52,205 bases of DNA from Atractiella rhizophila (Eukaryota): assembly GCA_021432655.1 (NCBI GenBank), contig MU271262.1:62001-114205 (forward strand), given 5' to 3'. The notes beneath the pieces were generated by a model. The model was not told the DNA's origin and did not search any database. It saw only the letters and a list, made by a program, of their open reading frames with translations. Numbering within the stretch: the first letter of the stretch is position 1; every line of letters starts with the position of its first letter. Made by a program: the position numbers and the translations under genes. Shown one piece after another: positions 23,321-33,662 of this stretch.

Positions 23321-24793
23321 TCAGTCGTCATCGACGGAGGCGTCGGTGATCTCGAAGCCCCTACGGTGTGTCTCAGCGATACGCTTCTCGAACTTTGCTA
23401 TCTCGTCCCAATCACCAAAGAAAAGTGCAATCTCAAACGAGCGGTAATTTCGATACCCATCTTCTTCTGACTCTTCCATGAACCAATCCAAAAACCTGTC
23501 AAAGCCATCACATCCAATGTGACAGAAGATGATGTTTAAATTCCGCAAGAAAGGTAGAAGGTTGCGTGAGACGAGGTGGAAGAAATTGAATGGAACTACG
23601 TTCGAGCCTTCATCCCAACCTTTGACAGAAAGAAACGCAATATTTCGGCACTCTTGGAAAGGGATAGGACGGAGCAATTTGGAATGTTCGAAGGTAGACG
23701 TGCTTTTGTCCACGGGCGAAAAACAGAAGTCGAAATCTTCCAGTTGGGAAAGGAAAGATTTATCGCAGAGCAGTTGTTCGAGATAAGGGTCCAGAGGTTG
23801 AGAATCTTCGATCAATAAGGATCGTAGACGTGGCAGCTTCCCTCCGAAGATGTTGGAAGATAACAACGAACTTCTCAGCTGACATTTCTCAATATCTAGA
23901 TTGCATAAGCTTCCTAAATCGTAAGGTGCGTCTCGGATCAAAGTAGGATGTCCCGCAACAACACCTTCCAATCGAAGGCTTTGGAGATTAGGAGACGAGC
24001 AACCATCCCTGAGAATACGGTCCACCTCGGCCGTCGTCCACGACAAGCTGTCTTCTTTCATTTTGGCTCTGGCGATTCCACATGTGTCCCGACTGAGGTA
24101 AAGTTTGTCCAGAGCAGAAAGCGATAGCACAGATTGTAAAACTACCACGACGTCCGTCTCCTTCCAGAACTTGCGGATCTCCAAAGACTTCGATCTCGGA
24201 CTCGACTTTAATAGCAGTGTAGCATCATCCACTGAACATGGGTCAACAATAGTCAGGTCCCAAAATCTCCCAGCGCGAGCATTGGTCCCCAGGAGCTCCA
24301 GCCGGCGAGTAAGAGAAGAAGGAGGGATTTTGAATTGGTGAGCAATCAGTCGCCATCGCCTGCATACTCGATGGGGCTCTCGCGACTGCTTCCAATTTAA
24401 ATGCTCGAAAATCATCTCCAACAGTTCAGCGGGCAATCGCTCAATGAAGCATCGCTCTGGGAATGCAAAGAATTGTACCAGAACGTCTACGCCATTGGGG
24501 GGAGACGCAAAGGGCGGAATAGGATAGAACGAAACTCCAGCTTCCAATTTCACGACATGAGTCTCATAATCAGATCTGCTAGGGTCCACTTCATCCCGAG
24601 AAGGTGCCAAGAAGCATTTATTGGCATCCATGCATGCATGAAAGGTCGTCACCCCTGGATGCAAGATTTCATCGAGCGTATAAAGGCTACATAGCGAAAC
24701 CGTGGAGACGCGTATAGCAGAAGCCGGAAGGGTGTTCAGACAAATCGTCTGAAGGGGAGCTCCATTGAAAGATGGAAGGATGCTGATCGCCAC
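23321..24793 (-). CDS. F-box protein with degenerate LRR/RNI-like C-terminus; probably has further upstream exon(s)
   Basis: IERLPAELLEMIFEHL...VCRRWRLIA F-box, followed by repeated LxxLxL units (NLQSLRL, SLCNLDI, RLRSLLI, FLRNLNI). Frame stays open upstream to about 24855. Confidence 0.8.
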   Translation of the reverse strand: MAISILPSFNGAPLQTICLNTLPASAIRVSTVSLCSLYTLDEILHPGVTTFHACMDANKCFLAPSRDEVDPSRSDYETHVVKLEAGVSFYPIPPFASPPNGVDVLVQFFAFPERCFIERLPAELLEMIFEHLNWKQSREPHRVCRRWRLIAHQFKIPPSSLTRRLELLGTNARAGRFWDLTIVDPCSVDDATLLLKSSPRSKSLEIRKFWKETDVVVVLQSVLSLSALDKLYLSRDTCGIARAKMKEDSLSWTTAEVDRILRDGCSSPNLQSLRLEGVVAGHPTLIRDAPYDLGSLCNLDIEKCQLRSSLLSSNIFGGKLPRLRSLLIEDSQPLDPYLEQLLCDKSFLSQLEDFDFCFSPVDKSTSTFEHSKLLRPIPFQECRNIAFLSVKGWDEGSNVVPFNFFHLVSRNLLPFLRNLNIIFCHIGCDGFDRFLDWFMEESEEDGYRNYRSFEIALFFGDWDEIAKFEKRIAETHRRGFEITDASVDDD

Positions 24794-25578
24794 TGACTTG
24801 TTGAGAACGATTGCGTCTCGCGTGAAAACAAGGATTCCATATGTACGACGATGCTGTTGGATTTTATCAGCATGTTGCGGGAGGGAAGGGTGAAAACATT
24901 TGTTGGAATTATAAGAGTCCTAAATCACCACTGTATTGCACTGCGTTGGAACTCTGCTCTGGAATAGCCTCCTGAAATGCATATGACTCTAATGGAGCTA
25001 TTTGAACAAGAAGGATTCTCTCCTCGGAGTCCAAATGAGACGGAAATCTAAAACGCGTGGCTTGCTTGGGCTATCGCTGCTTTGGATCAAGAGGTGCGAT
25101 CTCTCCTTTCCTAACCACTCGTATCGCACACATCTCGCAAATACAGGGCATCCTAGCGGTCTCATCGAGAATCGTGGAATGCTCCCCGCCCAAGGGTAGT
25201 ATTGAACTTGCGCAAGAAGTGCTGCAGGGACCTGATGGGAACTGTTCAATAGGCGATTATATTGCTTATGTTTCGTAAAAACACCTTCCACTCTTCTCTT
25301 TTACGTCGAGAGCGATAACAAAAGTAAGTTCACAAAGTGCGAAATTTACGAGAGCTTCGACCACAAAGGTAATTTGCAGCTGCAACCACTTACTTTAAAA
25401 AGACCTGATGCATCGGCCACTACATCACCCACCATCCTTGCTTGAGAAACCTGTCCATCAGTCTATCATAACCACCAGTCAGCATGTAGTCCTTGACTTG
25501 AACCGCGCAGCGTTGTAGTGATAACAACGACTATTCACGCTCTCCAATCCAACTCTGCGATCAAGATATCCAGACAGG

Positions 25579-28500
25579 ATGTAAGTTACTCTGCTGTCTT
25601 TCTCTTTATTGCTAATGCTTCGACAGGTCACGGTAATGTCCACCGCCTCCTTGGAGGTCGCGCTGACCCTGCTCCAGCAATCGTTCGGACTTCTATGACC
25701 GCGAGGATCCATATGGGACAAAGCAGCATGTGCCCACTCGACCCGTGGACAAGGACAAGGCTGAGAGCGAGCTCACTTTGACTATCAAGAAGGCGACGAA
25801 CCCAGATGAGACGGCGCCGAAGCAGAAACATGTTCGGAGTGCGTCCTTCCATCCTCATTCCTCTGGGCGAAGGGTGGTGACGAAAGGTCATTGACTTGGT
25901 GTCTTGGTGCCGGGTGCGTGTTGTTGGCGATGTAGAGTGTATCGTCTATTCTTGGGACTATCACGACTCCCAGTCAATTTGGGCTGGCCTCCGTGTCCAA
26001 CCCATTCTAGCAGATGAGGTGCAGACTTTCAAAGCGTTGATTACAGTGCACAAGATCCTTCAAGAAGGGCATCCCATCGTGCGTTCCCCAACGCATCCCC
26101 TCTGCTTCCGCGCCAACGGCACATATACTGAGTGATGACTTGCAGGTGCTCAAGCAAGCGCAGCAGCAGACAGGATGGCTGGAAACCTGCGCAAGAACGG
26201 TAGGGAACGACGGACGAGGTACGCTCGTCCTCATCAATGCCTATCTTTTGTCCGCCGGACGAGGACTGATGGTGCCCGGGAAGGTTATACGCCGCTCATA
26301 AAGGCTTATGTGTCCTCCTTGCTCGCCAAACTCAGATTCCACAAGACTCACCCGGATTTTAATGGACTTTTTGAGTATGAAGAGTATGTTACGTTGAAAG
26401 GTATCGATGATCCGAATGAGGGGTATGTACCGCTTCTCCTCAAAGCAATGTGTAGGAGCTAAAGGATGACGATGAAGATACGAGACCATTTCGGACCTTA
26501 TGAACTTACAGGACCAGATTGACTCCTTCCAGAAACTCATCTTTGCCCACTTCAGAGGATCAACAAACAATGAATGCAGGATAAGCGCTCTCGTCCCTCA
26601 GGTGAAGGAGAGTTATGGGATCTACCGTTTCATCACCTCCATGCTTCGTGCCATGCATCGACGTTCGTCCCTTCCTCTCATCTCTCTTGGAATGCACCAC
26701 TAACTGACCGGGTCTTGGAAATAGGTACGGACGCGGCCGATGCGCTTGAGCCACTTCGACAGCGGTACAATTCTCAGCACTACAACCTACGCAAATTCTA
26801 CTACGAGTGCTCGAACCTGAAGTACCTCACAGGGTTAATCAACGTCCCAAAACTGCCACAAGAACCTCCGAATCTCTTCGACTCTTCTTCTCTCCCCGAC
26901 CTCCCCGCCCGTCCAAAGACCGTCGCACCGCCGCCCGCCTCTCCCCCTCCACCCCGCGGCGAGCCCACGCCGGATATCGACGAGCAAAGACGAATGTTGA
27001 AACATTATGAAGATCAACAGGCTGCTTTGAAGAAGAAACAGGAGGAGGAAAGGAGGAGGGCTGAGGAGGAGAAGGCGAGGTTTGATGCGATGAGGAGGGA
27101 GCAGGAGGAGAGGGAGAGGATGGAGAGAGAGAGGATGGAGCAGTTGAGGAGGGATCAGGAGGAAGAGAGGAGGAGAATGGAGATGCAGATGCAGATGGGT
27201 CGCGACCAACAGGCTTTGATGAGGGTTCAGGAACTGGAGAGGGAGATGATGGGTATGAGGGGTCAGTATGAGAGGGATCAGATGATGCTTGAGCAGTATG
27301 ATAGGGTTCGGCATTCCTTCTTTCTATTACCTTCAGTTGGGTGCTCTTGATCTAACTTTGGGATGGGCTGGGATGTAGAGAGTGAAAGCCCTGGAGCAAG
27401 AGCTCATGAACTACAACGCAAACCTATCAGCTCAGCTATCGAGTAAAGATGAGCTTATCAAGCAGCTGCAGGAGCAAGTCGCGCTGTGGAAGAACAAGTA
27501 CGAAGCTCTGGCGAAATTGTATTCTCAACTGCGAACCGAGCATCTCGACATGCTCTCCAAGTTCAAGCAGTTCCAGTTGAAGGCGAATAGTGCGCAGGAG
27601 GCAATAGAGAGGATGGAGAGGATGGAGAGGGATATGAAAGCCAAGAACCTCGAGTTGGCTGATATGATTCGAGAGCGTGACCGTGCGAGATTCGAGAGCG
27701 ATAGGCTCAAGAGTTCGCATAAGGATGAACTGGAGAGGTTGAGGAGAGACCTGAGGTTCGCGGAGGAGAGGGCTGAGGACGCTGGGAGGAATAAGAGCTC
27801 GGAGGTGTCTGGTATCATCAGTAAATACAACAGGCAGATCAACGAGCTCGAAGATTCATTGCGCGTGCGTCCCCCTTTGCCCATATGCCATATGTCTCAG
27901 AGATATCGATATGTTGTGGGTTGTGACACAGAGCAAGAATGACCAGATCGAAGACCTCCTACGCCGCCTCGACGGCCATAATTCAGACATCGAGCGTGCG
28001 AGGGACGAGTCTGCTCAAGAGTTGGAGATCACCAAAGAGTCGTTGGAGGATGCGCTTCGCCGGCTACAAGAATTGGACATGAACCAGGGAGAGACGGATG
28101 CGGCTCTACTCTCCCAGATTGACCTTCTCATCCTCGACCAAAAGAAGAAGCTCAACGAAGTCATCGACTCCATCCTCCAGGCTGGAGTATCCAAGATCGA
28201 TGATGCCATCTACGAGCTTGAATCCCCAGTTCAGATGGGCAACAAGAACTCGACGCCCGATTACGTTCTTTCCCTCATCGAGAAGGCGACCACGACGGCG
28301 AACGAGTTTGCGGCTACTTTCAGCTTCTACCTTTCGAGGGAGAAGGGTGGAGAAATTGTGGAGGTTATCAAGAGCGCAAATAACCTGTCCCAGAGCATAG
28401 CGGACGTGTTGGTCAATACCAAGGGTATCACACCACTCACTCCGGATGACGATGCCGCCGAATCGTTGATCAAGGTCGCGAAGAATCCTGGAGACGTTGG

Positions 28501-29392
28501 ACTCCGATTCTTCCTTGCCCTTCAGTCATACCGTCTCGAAGGACTGTCTCCCACCGCAAGGAACGATATTGTCGTCAACAACAGCATGCAGACGCGCACA
28601 GCGTTACAGAAGCTTGCGGTTGTGGTAGAGCAGCTGAGACCCAAGCAAACGAATCTGTCAAAGACCAGTGGGGAGATTGGAGACCTGGTTGAGAATGAAA
28701 TGGCCAATGCGGCGAAGGCGATCGAAGCTGCCACCGCTCGTCTGCAGGCTCTCATGTCGAGGCCAAAGGATCGATACTCGGCTGTAGACGTTCAAGTGCA
28801 TGATGCAATTCTCGAAGCTTCACTCGCAATTACCCGCGCCATTGGCAGACTTATCCAGGCTGCAACGGAGACGCAACAAGAAATCGTCGCTTCGGGACGA
28901 GGGTCGGGTTCGACGCAAGCGTTCTACAAGCGCAATAATCGGTGGACGGAGGGTCTCATCAGTGCTGCGAAAGCGGTAGCTTGGGCGACGACGAATTTGA
29001 TTCAGACAGCTGACGGTGTTATTGACGGTTCGAAATCTCTTGAACAGCTCATCGTCGCTTCCAACGAAGTCGCCGCTTCGACAGCTCAGCTCGTTCAAGC
29101 TTCCAGGGTCAAGAGCGATCTGATGAGCAAGACACAAGAAAAACTCGAGCTCGCGGCTAAAGCTGTACAGGATGCATGCAAAGCTTTGGTCAAGCAAGTC
29201 AAGGCGATCACTTCCAAACAGATGTTGGGTAGGGATGATGCGGACTACAATTCCATGGGTGCGCACGAGTTCAAGATGAGGGAAATGGAGGTGCAAGTCT
29301 CGATCGTGACACTTGAGAAAGAGCTAGGAGACGCGAGGAGGAAATTGGGAGAAATGAGAAGGGCAGCTTACCATACCGACGAGTCGATTTAA
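25579..29392 (+). CDS. SLA2: Sla2/End4/HIP1 endocytic adaptor (ANTH, coiled coil, I/LWEQ)
   Basis: IKKATNPDETAPKQKHVR, DEVQTFKALITVHKILQEGHP, HPDFNGLFEYEEY, WKNKYEALAKLYSQLR, FYKRNNRWTEGLISAAKAVA and LIVASNEVAASTAQLV. Confidence 0.97.
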
Positions 29393-30614
29393 ATGTTACG
29401 TGGAGAAATGGACTTTGAATTCTAATGGAATGATGTGCAATACCGATGCTCCTCTTTGAAAACAATGTACAAGTTCACACGATCTTTGACCAATTGTGCT
29501 CATATCTCTTTCACATGTTGATGTTGGTTGTATTGCAACGTGACGTGAAGTGGGAGACATGCAGGACACAAACAACCAACATGTCAAACGGTGACAGGAA
29601 TCTAAACGCAGCACGGCCTCTATGAACGATGTATTAACGCATAAAGTAGGGCAATTAGCCTTTGTTATGAAAACTGGGCAAAGCTGCGTCCTCCTCACAT
29701 CATGGACGACAGACAAGCTAGAACGACTCAAACGTCGCAAACGAACCTGACACATCTCACCCTTTTGAACGAGCGGGTATAACGACTCTCATTCTACAGT
29801 CGCTTCTGCCGCCGGATTCCCACAACCTGGATTCAACAAAAAAAAAAAGATAGCAGATTGCAGGGTTAGCATATCAAACCGCTTCTTTTGTTTTCTCTCC
29901 TTTGTTTGCACGTAAACTAACTTACAACTCTTACAGCCTCTAATATCCGAGCCGTCGCGGTTAAAGCTCTCCCATCACTGGTCCAAGCTCATCTAACATT
30001 CAAGAAGGGACGGAAGTTGGACCAAGGCTGGACGAACACATTCTGGTCCACACCTAAGTAAGTCGAATAAGGCGTACAGCTCCGTCGTTTGTCCGTCGTT
30101 CGTCGCGTACGTGGCTGCAGCAACTCCGAAACCAGCACTTCTCGATATTCTCAAATCTTCATCCAACTCGCATTTTCTACTGGTAGCAGGCGGAAGAGAC
30201 GAACAGTTGATCAGATTTCTCGCTTCTCGAGGTGAATTAAAACAAATCGGATTTGAAAATTTATCAAGAAATCACTACTTCGGCGACGCCACCAGCTTTG
30301 TTCTTCATTCCGGCATTTGGTTTTTCTGGACATCGTCCTGAAGCTGTCAAAAGCTTTTAAAAAATTTATTTTACGATCTGACTCGGAATCCGCTTCCCGA
30401 AAGTGTGGCCCAGAGAGCTTAGTGTTGTGCAAACACTTCGGCCACCTGCAGCTTACCTCTTCATTTTGTTTGAGCAGCTTTACTCACCGACTTCCGGATA
30501 ACCCACCGAGCAATCTCGCACGCCTGACGAGCGAGATCCCATTGGATATAGACGCGAGCGACACAGTAGGCCAGAGAGACGCGATCAGTTGGATTAAACA
30601 CATTTCTGCCCGCA

Positions 30615-31361
30615 ATGTCAAGATACTCTGGAAACTACCCTTACAACTACTCCTTTGATGGTCCCAAGAGCTCTTCTTCTTCTTCTCATACTGGGTCTTA
30701 TATCTCTTCTTCCATGTCCACGGCCACTTCTACGTTTTCAAAGCCCAGCATCGCTTCGTCCAAGTCATCCAATCCGCCACAGCAACCTTATCAGTCTCCG
30801 TTTGTCGTCAAGACTCAAGTTGCTCTCGAGCCTTCCGTCATGGAAAAATTAGCGCACAACATCACTCTTCTACAGGTTATACTTGAGTATAAATTTCAAA
30901 CAGAGCGCGGGCTCGATTGTGGCAAAGAAGCGCTTTTACATTCGACCGCCACCACTCTACCTGAGGGCAATTTACGGCTAGCAAGACTCGGGGAGGTGGC
31001 GATGAAAACAATGGGTCTTGGTTTGTTATATATCGTTATGTTATACTGTTAGCTAAGGCGGAAGCAGAGCGGTTATATCTAGAAGGAAACGCGACCGGCG
31101 TAAACGTTACGGCGCAGGACCACAAATTTTCTATACAAAATCTCTGCAAAATCAGCAAGGAATTTGCTCTCCCGTCTCTCATCATCGTAGGAAACTCGAA
31201 ACCTGGAATATCGGATAGGTGAGTCACCTTGTTCGATCTCTCCTCTCTGCTGAGGCTGTTCCAGGATGTCCGCTCAGGTGCTTCAAGCAACCCTTGGAGC
31301 AGTTTACATAGATGGACGAATGGAAGCTCTTGAGAGAGTCATGACGCGACTTGGGCTTTGA
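30615..31361 (+). CDS. Small RNase III-domain protein with degenerate catalytic motifs
   Basis: ILEYKF...EALLHS...EGNLRLARLGEVAM and, after two introns, SAQVLQATLGAVYIDG match the RNase III fold pattern. Ser-rich N-terminus; no dsRBD. Stop at 31361. Confidence 0.75.
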
Positions 31362-31873
31362 CCCAGACGGGCAAGACGTCGGATTGTGGTCCAGCTTTTT
31401 CATTCTTTCATCGAATTCGAACTGTTCAGTTGGGGGTGGCGATAACAGTTTGGTGCGAACGAAATGGAAATCGATTCAAGCACGGCCTCCTCCGACGTCC
31501 AGAAGCCCAAGGGGGTCGAACTCCTTCCTTCTTTCGCTTCCTTGCCCTTCTGGACTTCGGAGGAGGCTGTTGCTTGCTTCGTTCCCGAATTATGAACGAA
31601 AGAAAGCATTCCTCATTCAACTCCATGTGATCCATTAACAACTTAATTATTCGATCGTGATTCATCGTTTCTTCATTGCTCATGAGTGATGTACTTTGCA
31701 ACGTCCTTTTCGTTTCAGGTTTATACCAGTGTAGTTTGAGGTATCCCGTTTCTTTGACCAATTTTGTGGGTAGTTCTGAGATATAGGTCGGATACGAGTT
31801 TTTCAATACACCATACTACACACAAGCACACCTATTAAAGCATAAAATGAATCCACAATAAATCAGCCTGTAA

Positions 31874-33313
31874 TCAACCCAGCAACTCAGCAACGATATT
31901 CTCGGTAATTTGTTCGACAGCTCCTTCATATCCACCGACGTGTGCCTTCCAATATTGGGCCACTGCAACATCTTTGACCACATCCTGTTCCGTCTGAAAC
32001 CCCATATCTTGGAGGTTAACCAAAATAAGAGCAAATCCTGTTTGCTCCTGGACCCAGGCGCCATCAATTTGTTGCTCAGACTTGATCTGATTCCTCTTCT
32101 CCTGAAAAGCTTCCAGCATGCTCTTCCTTCTTTGGTTAAATTGCTCTTCACCCCAATTCCAAGCTTCCCTTCCCTCTCGACCAACAGCTTGCATGGCTTT
32201 GAAGAAAGCTTCCAGGATTGGTTTGACGTAATCGTCCAAGTTGCCATCCCTTCCGTCTCTCTGGACTCCAAGCCGTCGAAGGTACGCTTCGAGCTCTCGT
32301 TTCATAATGTCGAATCGAGCAGAACCTTCGGCAGAGGCTGAACGAGCGAGCGTCGCAGTTTTGTCCAAGAATTGTCCAACTGATTCTCGGATGGCGGGAT
32401 CGTGGAAGACCGACGTCAAGGCGTTCGCAAGATGGCTAGTCGGAGTCGAAGGAGACGGAGGATCGTCAGAGAACGACCCTGGGAAACGAGAGGTAGATGC
32501 CTCGGCTTGAACATCTGTGTGAACGGGAGCAGCTGGTTGGGCTGGAGGCAAGGGGACAATAGGTGGGTCTTCGTGCTCAACAACCTTCTCATCAACCTTC
32601 AACGGAATTGAAGGGGAAGCTGGGGTAGATCCAGACTCGATTGGGATGAAGACGGTATCGGAAATCGGCGCCGCTTCAGTTTGCTGTTGAGGTTCTTCTA
32701 CCTGCGTGGTGCTGTCCTTTGGCTCGACCAATGGGTCCACATCCACATCCATAGCAGGTTCCAAGGGATCCACGAAAACTTTGGGGAGAAGGCCCGGTTG
32801 GCTGTCCGTTTCGTGCTCTGATGCAGGTTCCTCCACAACTGCATCCACAACCGGATATCTCTCTTCAACCTCGTCGACCATTTCGAAGTCATCCACTTCT
32901 GACAACTTCTCCTCTTGTACAGTAGCCGAGGATTGTCTTGTACTGCCAGGAGAAACGAGTTTTAGCTGGAGATAGAGAGTGGGTTTCCTGCCTTCCTGCT
33001 CGATTGGCCAAGCTTCCTTCAACTCTACATCAGAGCTCCTAACGCCACACCATCATTCAGCTGAGGTATGTCAAAGCCAAAATATAGCGTACATGGTCAC
33101 TTCATCGCCATCCTCATCGATGTATTCCAATCGAACATCTTCCCCAGAAAGACCAAACCGCTCCTTGACGAGAGATATAAAGTCGCTCCATGGAGGGCAT
33201 CCACCTTGGACCACGAGCTTTCGCTTCACGTCCGCGAATGATATTTTACAGTTAACGTTCGATGCCATTGGAAACACTTGACCTGATTGAGAAAACACAG
33301 AATTTGAAGACAT
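31874..33313 (-). CDS. PB1-domain protein with acidic linker and C-terminal UBA-like region
   Basis: N-terminal VNCKISF...KRK...LVKERFGL...VRLEYIDEDGDEVT (OPCA motif), one intron, and C-terminal LVNLQDMGF. TATA-like TATAAAA lies just upstream on the minus strand (about 33339-33346). Confidence 0.8.
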
Positions 33314-33662
33314 GGGGATGAAACTAGAGTGAGAATCCTTTTATATCGAGAGCTGACGCGGTTGATGTCTGGCTGCGGGGAGTTGACGGAACGGACGAGT
33401 CAGGTATTTCGGTCCGCAGTCGTTGGGTGGCAAAAGCAGTGGTGGCAAAAAGTGAATGTGCGCGAGCCCTGGTGGCGCAGCACCAGAAGTGGATAGCATT
33501 TGAAGAGGTTAAGTAAAAGCGTGTTACGTCCCAGCCAGCCGCCATGGGAGAGAATAATGTCAGTCGAGTCTCGGTTGCCTGAGAGCGTGAAACTTCTAAG
33601 GTTCCTTCAATACCGCCATCCATTGTCAAAAGGGAAACGCACAACGAGTCACAATTCCGATC

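Noticed and set aside
27030..27300. Purine-rich GAG/AGG repetitive tract
   Set aside because: Explained by the E/R-rich helical coding region of SLA2.
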